A stretch of DNA of 64,000 nucleotides from assembly GCA_964435625.1 (NCBI GenBank), contig CAYTAG010000001.1:7190-71189 (forward strand), read 5' to 3'. The position numbers and the translations under genes were made by a program. The stretch's first letter is position 1. Every line of letters begins with the position of its first letter. Under the pieces are notes generated by a model. It saw nothing but the letters and a program-made list of their open reading frames with translations, searched no databases and was not told the origin of the DNA. The DNA comes from an uncultured Halobacteriales archaeon (GTDB lineage Archaea > Halobacteriota > Halobacteria > Halobacteriales > PXRE01). Positions 1 through 9,616 of this stretch are shown here, piece after piece.

Positions 1-461
1 AGTGGCAGGTGCCATATCTCCACAATTTTCGGCCCTCATCTTAGTGTTTACTCAAAATACTGATATGTCTACGTACCGGTAGGAGTACGGATATACGTAT
101 GATTGTACGTATCGAGATGCTATTTAAAGAGTAAGCGACCCCAATCGTTTAAGCATTTAAACGGTCTTGAACTGGATATGTCGCCTCCGGAGCAAGGAAT
201 CGAGTCAGTCGTGCCTGGTCGTCAGGTTGTTGATGGATCGATTCGGCTGGCAAAACTGCCAGACTCCTACAAGCCATTGAAGTCCGGCGATTCAGTGGGC
301 GTCCTCGTACCACAACCGTACGGACGGCAACTGAATCTCCGGGCCAGCAACCCGGACATGAACGTGTACGTGGCGCTCCAACAGGGTCTGGTGATTGGTC
401 AACTGGTCGACCTCGCCAGCCCGAACCAACAGCAGCACCCCCAGGCTGACGGGGGGCATCA

Positions 462-1175
462 ATGAGCAGCGACGACGATGCCCCCGGTCGGGGTACGAAC
501 ACGTTGCTACAGCTGTACGTGCAGTCGCTCGACGCCCGAATCCAGTTCGTCGAATCCGCCGCCGCAGGCATGACCGCTGCCGAGCGCGAGGCCCACCACG
601 CGAACCTCCACTCGTCGATCCTGGCCTGGTGGGAGGCCCTCTGGCCCTACCTCGAGGAGCGCGACGACATGGAGCGCTGGCGCGAGGAGGTCAGGTTGTG
701 GCCGAAAGGGCCGGTCATCATCCGGGTCTTGCACTGCCAGCAGTGCGAGCAGTTCTACGAGTGGCGGAGCGACGGTAACCTCTTCCCGGGGGCGGACTGC
801 CCGATCTGCGGTCCTGGCTTCGTCCGACCGACGGAGGTCTACGACCGGACCGAGGAGGGGAAGATCAACTACGAGTGGGCACGCGGCCTCGACACGCTCG
901 ACGGCTGGCAGAACCGCACGACAACAGTCACGAAAGAGAAGGGAACGTTCAGGAAGAAAACCGTCGTCGAGGAGAAGCCGGTCCGGCTCCCGCCGGAGGT
1001 CCTCTTTCGCGTGGGCCGGCATCTCGACAAAGCCGCCGAACGGCTGGACCTGCTGGCCGACGTCGAGACCGAGGTCCCGAAAACGGAACTCGACATGGAG
1101 ACCATTGAAAACTTCCAGGCAACGGTCCAGGAAATCGTCCAGGAGGCCGCCGACGAAGGGGAGGTGTCGGCATGA
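462..1175 (+). CDS. hypothetical zinc-ribbon protein
   Basis: 237-aa acidic ORF. Cys pairs HCQQCEQ and DCPICGP. Stop overlaps the next start (ATGA at 1172). Confidence 0.6.
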   Translation: MSSDDDAPGRGTNTLLQLYVQSLDARIQFVESAAAGMTAAEREAHHANLHSSILAWWEALWPYLEERDDMERWREEVRLWPKGPVIIRVLHCQQCEQFYEWRSDGNLFPGADCPICGPGFVRPTEVYDRTEEGKINYEWARGLDTLDGWQNRTTTVTKEKGTFRKKTVVEEKPVRLPPEVLFRVGRHLDKAAERLDLLADVETEVPKTELDMETIENFQATVQEIVQEAADEGEVSA

Positions 1176-2140
1176 TTGGGGTCGGTTTGACTGGCGTCGG
1201 CGTGGTCGATCCGTTCTTCGCGTTGCTGTCGATGGTCCTGTTTGGCGCCATCACGGGCGCGGGCGACTCCAGCGTCGACTTCGAGGTCCCGAACAGCCTA
1301 CTCTACTCGGAGCTACACGAGACGTACATGAAGCGGGTCGCAGAAGGACGCGACCTCCGAGTAATCATCTCTGCCGACAATGCCGAGACGGGAGTCGGGA
1401 AGACTACTCTGGGCGTCTGTCTCGCGAAGCTCTGGGACATCTGGGGATGGGATGCCGCGAAGAAAGCGACGCTCGATCCTCGGGAGTACACGGTCCGGTA
1501 CGACGGCCTCCGGAAGGTCAGCGTCCAATACCTCCTGGAAGCCGAGCAGGCACTGGAAAAGCGACGGGCAATGTCAGACGAGATCGTGGCTGTCGGCCAC
1601 GACTTCGCCACGAAGCGCTACCGACAGTTGATCGGCATCCTCGACCTGCCGAGCAAGTCCATGATGGACGCCCGGATCGCGGATACACTCTGCGACTACT
1701 GGATCCTCGTCCGCGAACGAGGTCATGCGGTCGTGTTCGAGTTCGACGAGAACCAATTCACGGGTAAGACCTACTACAAGAAGGTCGAAGAGATCTCCTG
1801 GCCACCCCTCGACGGCGACCCGGACTACGAGGCCGTCGAACGGATGAAGGTCGAGTGGATGACGGACCAGACGCAATCGCGGTACGTGACCCGCGAGGAG
1901 TTCCAGGAGGCAAAGAAGAACTTCTGGCGGAAGGCCGAATTGAAAGCGACCTACAATCACGCCCAGGCGGCCTACGAGGTCAGCCAGGACGAGGACTCCG
2001 ATTTCTCCGCGACGCAAGCGGAGATTGGTCGCATCGTCGGACTGTCACAACCGCGAGTGAGTGACATTGTCAATGCCGATAGCTTCGACGATGTCTACTC
2101 ATCGTTCAAAGACAGCGCAGACGTCGAAATCGCGGGGTAG
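1172..2140 (+). CDS. P-loop NTPase with hydrophobic N-terminus and C-terminal HTH
   Basis: Walker A AETGVGKTT. N-terminal hydrophobic MIGVGLTGVGVVDPFFALLSMVLFGAI. C-terminal HTH-like ATQAEIGRIVGLSQPRVSDIV. Confidence 0.7.
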   Translation: MIGVGLTGVGVVDPFFALLSMVLFGAITGAGDSSVDFEVPNSLLYSELHETYMKRVAEGRDLRVIISADNAETGVGKTTLGVCLAKLWDIWGWDAAKKATLDPREYTVRYDGLRKVSVQYLLEAEQALEKRRAMSDEIVAVGHDFATKRYRQLIGILDLPSKSMMDARIADTLCDYWILVRERGHAVVFEFDENQFTGKTYYKKVEEISWPPLDGDPDYEAVERMKVEWMTDQTQSRYVTREEFQEAKKNFWRKAELKATYNHAQAAYEVSQDEDSDFSATQAEIGRIVGLSQPRVSDIVNADSFDDVYSSFKDSADVEIAG

Positions 2141-2448
2141 AGAGCCATGAACGCCAAATCAATATCGAACACAGCAAAATCGCACGACGGCACCGGCATC
2201 AGCAATATCAATCAGCAGGACACACACGTTACTTACTCTAATTCACGCGTGGTATCGCGCGGGGCGTCGCGCCGATACCCCGCCTCCGGGGGGGCACCCG
2301 GGCCTCGGATCGGTTCGTCGTTGGCCTCGATCGGTCGACCTCGGCCGCCCGCTCGTCGACGTCGACGGCGTCGCGATGCTCCTGGTGGGCGCGGCCGTCG
2401 ACTGTCCTCGAGGTCGCTCGTCGAGCGCAGCTGCGGGAGGGTCGCACG

Positions 2449-3615
2449 ATGAGCCGGCTCACCCGGATGACGGCCCGGCGGTTCCGCAAGCTGTTCGCGT
2501 GGGTGATCGCGCTCCTCCTGCTGGCCGCGCTCGTGCTGATTGTGCTCGCTCTCGCGTTCGTGCTGACGCCGGCGCCGGCGGAGCCGGCCGACGGTCGGAC
2601 GCTGGCCCCGCTTCTCGGCCTCGCGGGGGCGGTCCGGACGCCGGCAACATCTCAGGAATCCGAAACCTGTCTGACGGATTCGGCGGGGGCAAGCCGGCCG
2701 CGAGTTTCTATCGTGATCCCGACATATAACGAACGTGAGGTAATCTGGGCGACCGTCCAGGAGGTCCTCCTGACGGCGGAGGTGAGCGACCTCGACATCG
2801 AGGTGCTCGTCGTCGACGACGACAGTCCGGACAAGACCTGGTCGTTCGTCGAGTGGCAGTTCCGCGACGATCCGGTCCGGGTGATCCGTCGCGTCGACGA
2901 GCGGGGCCTCGCGACGGCCGTCCTGCGCGGCTTCCAGGAGGCGAACGGCGAGGTCCTCGTTTGCATGGACGCCGACGGCCAGCATCCGCCGGAGCGCCTG
3001 CCCGACCTCGTGCTCCCGTTCCAGCACGAGGACGTTGACGCCACCATCGGCTCACGTTACGTCGACGGTGGCGGCATCGACGGCTGGTCGCGGTCACGAC
3101 AGGTCATCAGCCGCGGCGGGACGCTCCTGGCCGAGGTGAGCGTCGGCCGCACCTGGCAGATTTCCGACCCCATGAGCGGCTTCTTCGCGGTGCGGCGCTC
3201 GCTCGTCGACGACATCCTCGAGGACCTCGACCCGACGGGGTACAAGGTCCTCCTGGAGATCCTCGCCCGGACGGACCCGCGCCGCGTGGTCGAAGTGCCG
3301 TTCACGTTCCGGGAGCGCCAGGCCGGGGTCAGCAAGCTCGACGCCCGCGAGACACTGCGGTTCCTCGCGCATCTGGGCGGCCTCTCCTGGCGCGAGGTCG
3401 ACGCCGTCGGCGTGGCGATCCTGGCGGTCGGCACGATGATGTTGGCCTCGGGGCCGCTGCCGCTGGCCGCGAACGTCGGCCTGTTCGGCCTCGCGGCGCT
3501 GGTGGTGAGCCTGCGGTCGGCCCGCGATCTCGCCGCCGACCTGACCGCCCTCGACGTCGAGGTCGCGACGCCCATCGGTGACGCCGCCGACGCCGAGGAG
3601 GTGAGCGCGGCGTGA
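2449..3615 (+). CDS. GT2 polyprenol-phosphate sugar synthase (Dpm1/AglD/GtrB-like) with N- and C-terminal TM segments
   Basis: Motifs VSIVIPTYNE, VVDDDSPDKT and DADGQHPPE. Hydrophobic N-terminus and C-terminal TM pair. Confidence 0.85.
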   Translation: MSRLTRMTARRFRKLFAWVIALLLLAALVLIVLALAFVLTPAPAEPADGRTLAPLLGLAGAVRTPATSQESETCLTDSAGASRPRVSIVIPTYNEREVIWATVQEVLLTAEVSDLDIEVLVVDDDSPDKTWSFVEWQFRDDPVRVIRRVDERGLATAVLRGFQEANGEVLVCMDADGQHPPERLPDLVLPFQHEDVDATIGSRYVDGGGIDGWSRSRQVISRGGTLLAEVSVGRTWQISDPMSGFFAVRRSLVDDILEDLDPTGYKVLLEILARTDPRRVVEVPFTFRERQAGVSKLDARETLRFLAHLGGLSWREVDAVGVAILAVGTMMLASGPLPLAANVGLFGLAALVVSLRSARDLAADLTALDVEVATPIGDAADAEEVSAA

Positions 3616-4928
3616 GCCTCCGCGATCTCGCGTCGGCGCCATCGGAGTGGGACCTGACGCTCGACGAGTGGGACCCCGGCGCCGCAAACGTCGTCGCGTC
3701 GCTCGCGGCGCTGGTCATCCTCCGGTACGCCCTGATGCTGTGGGAGCTGTTCCATCCGGCGCCGCTGGCCCAGACGATCACGCTAATCTACATCGTAGCC
3801 ATCGGCCTGGCGCTGCTCGGGCTGAGCGCCAGCGGCGTCGACCTCAGGGAGCACGCCGCCATCGTCGCCGTCATCGTGTTCTCGGTCCTTCTGGGGAGCT
3901 TCTACATATTCCTCGGGACGGGCCTGACCGTTCCTGCGCCCGGGCCCGACGCGGCGCTGTTCTCGCGGTACAGCGTCGACCTCCTACTGGCAGGCGAGAA
4001 CCCGTACGCGGCGAGCATGGCGCCCGCCTGGGACCTGTACGGCGCGGACCCGTTGTCGGTGACGCCGACGACCGACGGCAGCCACGTCACGTCGTTGTCG
4101 TACCCGGCGGGGTCGGTCCTGGCGTTCGTCCCGGCGACCGTCGCCGGCGTCGAGGACGTCGGCAAGACGGCGGGCCTGGTCGCCATCGCGACGCTGCTGT
4201 TCCTGGCCGTCTACTCGCCGTCGGAGTTCGTCCTGGCGCCGATCATCGTCCTGATGGTCCAGGACATCATCTTCGGGTCGTTCCTCGGCTTGCTCGACGC
4301 CCTCTGGCTGTTCCCGACGCTGGTCGCGATGCAACTGTGGGCGACCGACCGGCGCCGGGCCGCCGCGGTCGCCCTCGGCATCGCCTGCTCGATGAAGCAA
4401 CAGCCCTGGCTGATCACGCCGTTCCTGGCGATCTGGGTTTACAACGAGGCCGCGTCCTACCGCGCGTTCGGGCGCAGGGCGGCCACGCTGGGCGCGTACG
4501 GCCTCGCGCCCTTCATCGTGGTCAATGCCCCCTTCGTCATCTGGGACGCCCAGGCGTGGCTCACGAGCGTCCTGACACCGCTGAGCGGCGGCGGGGCGTC
4601 CCCCGTCAACCAGGGCGTCGGCCTGACGCTGCTGACGACCAGCGGCACCCTCCTGCTCCCGAAGGGCTTCTACGGGGTCCTTCTCGGGATCGTCACCATC
4701 TGGGCGCTCGTCCTGTACGCCGTCTACTGGGAGCGCGTCCGCTGGCTGGCCTGGCTGATGCCCGCGTTCCTGCTGTTTTTCCATTTCCGGTCGCTGTACT
4801 CCTACTTCCAGTTCGTCGTCCCGCTGGCGTACTTCGCGGCGCTGCACCAGTGGGACCTGGCCCGCGAGCGGGCGCCGGTCCCCGACGACGTCGTCTCCCG
4901 GGCCCGGGAGGTGGTCGCCCGTGTTTGA
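3612..4928 (+). CDS. polytopic membrane glycosyltransferase, GT-C / DUF2029 (GT87-like)
   Basis: 438 aa with many TM segments. Motif YSVDLLLAGENPYA is shared with its paralog at 6359. GTG start overlaps the upstream stop. Confidence 0.7.
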   Translation: MSLRDLASAPSEWDLTLDEWDPGAANVVASLAALVILRYALMLWELFHPAPLAQTITLIYIVAIGLALLGLSASGVDLREHAAIVAVIVFSVLLGSFYIFLGTGLTVPAPGPDAALFSRYSVDLLLAGENPYAASMAPAWDLYGADPLSVTPTTDGSHVTSLSYPAGSVLAFVPATVAGVEDVGKTAGLVAIATLLFLAVYSPSEFVLAPIIVLMVQDIIFGSFLGLLDALWLFPTLVAMQLWATDRRRAAAVALGIACSMKQQPWLITPFLAIWVYNEAASYRAFGRRAATLGAYGLAPFIVVNAPFVIWDAQAWLTSVLTPLSGGGASPVNQGVGLTLLTTSGTLLLPKGFYGVLLGIVTIWALVLYAVYWERVRWLAWLMPAFLLFFHFRSLYSYFQFVVPLAYFAALHQWDLARERAPVPDDVVSRAREVVARV

Positions 4929-5385
4929 CCCGACCGCCCTCTCCGTCGACGTCAAGCGAGCGCTCGTCATCCTCGCGGTCGGCCATCTGGCGTTCGTCGC
5001 CATCGGCGTGGGGGCGTCCTCCCTGGAGGCCGGGTCGCTGGACGTCGACGTCGAGGTCGTCGGCGTCGGAACCTCGAACGGCGGCAACGTCACCGTCGTT
5101 CACCTGCAGGTGACCAACAACGAACCGCACCCGATAGACCCCGTAGTCCGCGTGCCGTCGTCGTCCTGGAACGTGCGCAACGCCTGGACGCTTCGGGGCG
5201 GGCCAGACGTCCTCGCCCCGAACGAGACGGCCACCTACGCCGCCGTGGCGCCCGGCGAGCGCGCGGAGATCGTGCCGCCGGCCCAGGCGGTCATCGTGGT
5301 CACGAACGCCAGCACGCAACAGCGGACCGCCGTCGGGCCCGTTCGGCTCACTAACCAGACCCAGGGAGGTGAGTCCGGTGGCTGA
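4921..5385 (+). CDS. membrane-anchored hypothetical protein with N-glycosylation sequons
   Basis: N-terminal TM ALVILAVGHLAFVAIGV. Sequons NET, NAS and NQT. 8-nt overlap with the upstream gene. Confidence 0.5.
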   Translation: MFDPTALSVDVKRALVILAVGHLAFVAIGVGASSLEAGSLDVDVEVVGVGTSNGGNVTVVHLQVTNNEPHPIDPVVRVPSSSWNVRNAWTLRGGPDVLAPNETATYAAVAPGERAEIVPPAQAVIVVTNASTQQRTAVGPVRLTNQTQGGESGG

Positions 5386-5620
5386 CCCATCGTCCCCGTC
5401 CTCGTCTGGCGACGAGCACCCGACTGAGACAGACGAGGAGTCGCCGGTGGGCCCGCTCTGGGTGTTCTTGCTGATATTCTGGACGTTTATGGATCTGTTA
5501 ATCCTCGGTGTCGAAGCGCTGTCAGCAGTCCTCGTGGTCGTCACCGGTGTCGCGGGCTACCTTCTCCTCCGAGGAGCCTACCGCATCTGGGCCTCCATGG
5601 GGGTCAATAGCGATGCTTGA
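5369..5620 (+). CDS. small membrane protein
   Basis: Acidic N-terminus followed by two hydrophobic helices. GGAGGTGA lies just upstream; an alternative GTG start is at 5378. Confidence 0.5.
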   Translation: MSPVADPSSPSSSGDEHPTETDEESPVGPLWVFLLIFWTFMDLLILGVEALSAVLVVVTGVAGYLLLRGAYRIWASMGVNSDA

Positions 5621-5762
5621 CGAGCGCCGCCCCGCTGCGGGCCGCGAGGACCTGGGCGAGGATCGCTCCGTCGGTCCCGAGCGGGCCGTTGCCGGCCTCG
5701 GTCGGCTCACGAACGAATCGCACGCCAACAACCACCCGCGAGTCTACGAGGTGAACCGATGA
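5613..5762 (+). CDS. small hypothetical protein (49 aa)
   Basis: Internal Met of track ORF 5508..5762. Start sits in an ATGCTTGA overlap with the upstream stop, and its stop overlaps the next ATG (ATGA). Confidence 0.3.
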   Translation: MLDERRPAAGREDLGEDRSVGPERAVAGLGRLTNESHANNHPRVYEVNR

Positions 5763-6073
5763 TCCCAGAACCCTACAAACGAGCAGCCCGCGTCCCGTTC
5801 GCCAGCGAACCTGAGCGCATCGACTACCGAATCAGCGCGTTCCTCAAGCTCTACGTCGTCATGCCGCTGGCGCTGATAGCCGTCGGGGCAGTATTAACAC
5901 TGGTAGCCGACTGGGCCTGGCGGGCCGGCCACATTACAACATCTCAGGCCCTGCTCGTAGGGAATGCGCTCATCCTCATCTGTATTCTGATCCCGTATCT
6001 GATGCTCCTGATCGGTACCGTGGGCGCACTGAGACGACACCGCCGAGAACGGGGGGACGATGGGGATGCTTGA
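5759..6073 (+). CDS. membrane protein
   Basis: 104 aa with two to three hydrophobic helices. Coupled to neighbours at both ends. Confidence 0.55.
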   Translation: MIPEPYKRAARVPFASEPERIDYRISAFLKLYVVMPLALIAVGAVLTLVADWAWRAGHITTSQALLVGNALILICILIPYLMLLIGTVGALRRHRRERGDDGDA

Positions 6074-6362
6074 TAAGCAACAGATTGTCGACGGCCTTCA
6101 GCGCCTCTCCGTCAGGCGTGTGAAGCGCCAAGTCTCCCGGCTACTGGTCCCGGCCCCCGTCCCGGCGGACAAGGCCAGCGAGGCCACTAAAGAAGCAATC
6201 TATATGTTCCTCGCCCTGGGGCCAGGAGCCATCATCGGAGCCCTAGCAAGTTACGGGTTCCCGTTCTCGATGCGGACAGGAATATTTGTGGGGGTGACAC
6301 TCTCTACCTACTTCTTCGCCTGGCGCTATTTCATGAAAACCCGGAGGTGGCAGGACATATGA
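6060..6362 (+). CDS. membrane protein
   Basis: 100 aa with hydrophobic helices. An alternative Met at 6066 lies in an ATGCTTGA overlap. Confidence 0.55.
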   Translation: MGMLDKQQIVDGLQRLSVRRVKRQVSRLLVPAPVPADKASEATKEAIYMFLALGPGAIIGALASYGFPFSMRTGIFVGVTLSTYFFAWRYFMKTRRWQDI

Positions 6363-7633
6363 GGGACCGAGCAGGGGACCTCGTGGCCGTGTTCGCCGGC
6401 GCCGTCCTCATCCGGCTCGGGTTCGGCTTCCACGTCCAGTTCCTCGACGGGACGGGGCTGGCTGGCGTCGTCGTGCAGCTGACGCTCATCGCGCTCGGGC
6501 TGGCCTGCTTCGCCGCTGCCGTCTCACATCTCCCGGCGCGGCGGTACGCGCCGGATCTCGCGGGGATGGCCCTCGCTGCGGTCGCGATGGCCTGGGTCGT
6601 CCGGTTGCTCGTCCACCCGAGCGGTGGGATCGGGACCGACGCAATGCTGTACTCGCAGTACGCCGTCGACCTGCTGCTCGCTGGCGAGAACCCCTACGCC
6701 CACTCGATGCGCCCAGCGTTCGAACGGTACGGCGTCGAGGACATGGTCGGAACGGAACTGGCCACTGGCGGCCGTGTCGAGACGTTCTCGTATCCAGCCC
6801 TGTCGATCTGGTGGTTCCTCCCGCAGCGGCTCCTCGGGATCCCGAACCTCAACCTCACGACCGTCGGGGTCCTGGTCGCGACGCTGGCGTATCTCTCGGT
6901 CGAGGCCCCGGACGAATACGCGTTGGCGCCGTTGGCCGCACTGTTCGCGACGCCGAACCTGCTGAACTTCGCCGCGGGCGGGATTTTCGACCTGCTCTGG
7001 GTCCTCCCGCTCCTGGTCGCGATGAAGTGCTGGCATGAACAACGGTACGTGGCGGCGAGTGTCCTCCTGGGGATCGCCAGCGCCACGAAGCCCCAGGCCT
7101 GGCTCGTGCTGCCGTTCCTGGCCGTCTGGCTCTTCCGAGCCGCCCCGACGACCCAGGCGTTTCTCAAGCGCGCTCGGACCTGCATCTCGTGGGGCCTCGT
7201 CGCGTTCCTCGTTCCGAACCTGCCGTTCATCGTCTGGGACCCGCTGGCCTGGCTGGCGAGCCTCGACCGCGCCATCGGCCTCTTCAGGCCGCCGATGGTC
7301 CAGGACGGGGTCGGCCTCGTTGCCATCTCCACGCACGGCCCGGTTGCCATCCCGTCGGGGATTCTCACGGGCCTCGTGGTCGCTGTCCTGGCGGGCCTGC
7401 TCGGTCTCTACTGGCGGGCCTGGCCCGACGGCCGCTGGCTGGCCTGGATCGCCCCAACGCTACTGCTGTTCGTCCACTACCGGTCGATGCACAACTACTT
7501 CCTGTTCTTCGTCCCGGTCGCGTTCTACGTTGTGCTGCTGCAAGGCCGGGAGGACCAGGCCGGATCACGCGAGACTGAGCAGCCACCAGAGTCGTCGACG
7601 GCCCAGTCGACAGGGGGACGTCCCGATGCTTGA
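6359..7633 (+). CDS. polytopic membrane glycosyltransferase, GT-C / DUF2029 (GT87-like), paralog of 3612..4928
   Basis: Motif YSQYAVDLLLAGENPYA and collinear TM pattern with 3612..4928. ATG at 6359 forms an ATGA overlap with the upstream stop (the track ORF starts at GTG 6347). Confidence 0.7.
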   Translation: MRDRAGDLVAVFAGAVLIRLGFGFHVQFLDGTGLAGVVVQLTLIALGLACFAAAVSHLPARRYAPDLAGMALAAVAMAWVVRLLVHPSGGIGTDAMLYSQYAVDLLLAGENPYAHSMRPAFERYGVEDMVGTELATGGRVETFSYPALSIWWFLPQRLLGIPNLNLTTVGVLVATLAYLSVEAPDEYALAPLAALFATPNLLNFAAGGIFDLLWVLPLLVAMKCWHEQRYVAASVLLGIASATKPQAWLVLPFLAVWLFRAAPTTQAFLKRARTCISWGLVAFLVPNLPFIVWDPLAWLASLDRAIGLFRPPMVQDGVGLVAISTHGPVAIPSGILTGLVVAVLAGLLGLYWRAWPDGRWLAWIAPTLLLFVHYRSMHNYFLFFVPVAFYVVLLQGREDQAGSRETEQPPESSTAQSTGGRPDA

Positions 7634-8885
7634 CCGGACGGAGACGCAACTCGCGCACCTGTTGGAGCGGGTCGGAGCCGATCAGTATGTCGACCCTGCC
7701 CGAGCCGTCCGTTTCGCGGAGTGGTCCCTGGTTGGCCTGCTCGGCGCGGTCCTCGACCTCTCGGTCACGATCACGACGCTGCCGCACCTGCACTACTTGC
7801 TCGCGAACGGCCTCGGGTTCGTCCTAGCGGTCTCCTGGAACTTCAGCGGCAACTGGCTCATCACCTACGACCGGCCCGACGGGACCCTCGCCAGGCAGTT
7901 CGCCAGCTATGTCGGGCTACACGCCGTCACATTCGGAATTCGCGGCGCCGTCCTCGTCGTCCTCGTCGAGGCCGCCGGGACGGACGGCCTGACCGCGACC
8001 CTTGTCGCCGTCGGCGTGGCCGCCGTCTCAAACTTCGTGGGCACCGAGCGGATCTTCGGCGGCGCCGGCCACCTCTGGTTCGACGCGATCGCCGCACTCA
8101 ACCAGACCGCGCACGCCGTCTACTCCTCACGGCTCCGAAGCGCCCTGCAGCAGACCGGACTCTACACTATCCTTTACGGGCTGTATCTCCGGGCGTTTGG
8201 CCTGCTCTACCGCGAGGACCAGATCGACATCGAACACGGTGATGCCACGGCGACCCTCTACATGGAGACGGCGCCGGAGGTCGTGTCCGTGATGCACTCC
8301 CTCGAAAAAGAGCAGCACATCCTGGAGACGTTCGTCGGCGAACTCCGGCCGGACGACATCTGCCTCGACGTCGGCGCGAACCTCGGAGTCTACACCTGCC
8401 TCGCCGCCGACGCCGCCCACACCGTGACCGCCGTCGAGCCGCACCCGCCGACCGTCGCGCGGCTTCGCGAGAACGTTGCTCTCAACGACTACGACGAGAC
8501 GGTCACCGTCGTCGACGGCGCGCTCGCCGCCACGACCGGGACCGCCACCCTCGCGACCGAACGCGACGAGGTCGGGACCCAGACACCCTATCTCACCGAG
8601 CCAGCGTTCGGCGGACTCGAGGTCCCACAGTACCGTGGCGATGACCTCGTCAGAGGTAATGTCCCGCCGCCAACGGTCGTGAAGATCGACGTCGAGGGAG
8701 CCGAACTGGGTGTCCTGGCCGGACTCGAGGACACGCTCGCGTCCTGCCGGCTCGTCCTCTGCGAAGTCCATCACGACGCGGTCGGCAAGGCCGTCCAGAA
8801 CTGGTTCGAGATCCGTGGCTGGCAGCTGTCGACCATCCACGCAACCCACACGCAAACCTACCTCCTTGCAACCAACAATGACTGA
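7626..8885 (+). CDS. GtrA-like membrane domain fused to FkbM-family methyltransferase
   Basis: N-terminal FAEWSLVGLLGAVLDLSV...NGLGFVLAVSWNFSGNWLITY (GtrA-like, 4 TM). C-terminal LDVGANLGVYTCLAA ... VVKIDVEGAELGVL (FkbM-type). Start is the internal Met of track ORF 7035..8885, in an ATGCTTGA overlap. Confidence 0.75.
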   Translation: MLDRTETQLAHLLERVGADQYVDPARAVRFAEWSLVGLLGAVLDLSVTITTLPHLHYLLANGLGFVLAVSWNFSGNWLITYDRPDGTLARQFASYVGLHAVTFGIRGAVLVVLVEAAGTDGLTATLVAVGVAAVSNFVGTERIFGGAGHLWFDAIAALNQTAHAVYSSRLRSALQQTGLYTILYGLYLRAFGLLYREDQIDIEHGDATATLYMETAPEVVSVMHSLEKEQHILETFVGELRPDDICLDVGANLGVYTCLAADAAHTVTAVEPHPPTVARLRENVALNDYDETVTVVDGALAATTGTATLATERDEVGTQTPYLTEPAFGGLEVPQYRGDDLVRGNVPPPTVVKIDVEGAELGVLAGLEDTLASCRLVLCEVHHDAVGKAVQNWFEIRGWQLSTIHATHTQTYLLATNND

Positions 8886-8997
8886 GAAACCACGAGCAAC
8901 CAACCCCGGAGCAACCGAGACGCACAGACATTCGACCGGCGGCCAGTGCGATGCCGATGCGGCCGCGAATCGCGGGCAGACAACCGGCGGGGACGTG

Positions 8998-9189
8998 ATG
9001 GGGCTGGTCGTGCTGCTGATCGCACTCGCCGTTGCGCTCCTGGTCCTCGTCGACGGACTGTGGCGCCTCGCTGGATCCGTGCGATGGGAACTGAGAATCT
9101 GGGGCGTCTTCACCGCCCTCCTCACCGCGGTCTGGATCGGCGGCTACCTGCTCAGCCGCAAGGACGGGGGTGACGATGCCCGAGAGTAA
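8998..9189 (+). CDS. small membrane protein
   Basis: 63 aa, MGLVVLLIALAVALLVLV... with two hydrophobic helices. Internal Met of track ORF 8710..9189. Confidence 0.4.
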   Translation: MGLVVLLIALAVALLVLVDGLWRLAGSVRWELRIWGVFTALLTAVWIGGYLLSRKDGGDDARE

Positions 9190-9264
9190 CATCGCCGTCG
9201 ACGGCGAGGACGCCGACGGGGACGGCCTCGACGACGACCTCAACGCGGACCCGAACTCGCAACG

Positions 9265-9612
9265 ATGACTGGTGAGCAACAGCCCGACGCCCGAGACGAA
9301 ACGGCACACAGTCCCCTGAGCGACCTGAAAGAGATGATCCACGCCCTGCACGGCCACCGGGTCGCCCTCGTTCACAGCGACCTCCCGGACGACGTCCGGT
9401 CGGCCGTCGAGGCGAACGGGGAGCGACTGGCCCTCCTCAGGATTCTCCGGCTGATCGACCACTACGAGGACCACGGCGGGTTCCCCGACGCCTACGACGA
9501 TGGCGTTGCGTCGTACCAGGACCTCTCGAAGGCGACGCTCGGCGTCATCTCCGAGGCGCAGGCCGACGCCGACGACGCCACCGACCCGCGACCGGACACG
9601 ACTTTCCACTGA
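9265..9612 (+). CDS. hypothetical acidic protein
   Basis: 115-aa acidic ORF, co-directional in the cassette. Confidence 0.5.
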   Translation: MTGEQQPDARDETAHSPLSDLKEMIHALHGHRVALVHSDLPDDVRSAVEANGERLALLRILRLIDHYEDHGGFPDAYDDGVASYQDLSKATLGVISEAQADADDATDPRPDTTFH

Positions 9613-9616
9613 TCCA

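Noticed and set aside
103-465. 120-aa ORF at the left edge
   Set aside because: It begins in AT-rich non-coding DNA, has no motif and atypical composition, and overlaps the promoter region of the 462 gene.
3647-5113. 488-aa plus-strand ORF in another frame of the GT-C gene, and minus-strand ORFs at 3984..5093, 6524..7336, 8127..9125, 8650..9735 and 9758..10858
   Set aside because: They are out of frame with, or antisense to, genes with clear TM or motif content. They have extreme Arg/Pro content.
7035-7625. N-terminal 197 codons of track ORF 7035..8885
   Set aside because: This part is the +1 frame of the GT-C paralog (Arg/Ser/Pro-rich). The GtrA-like domain begins at the Met at 7626, in an ATGCTTGA overlap.
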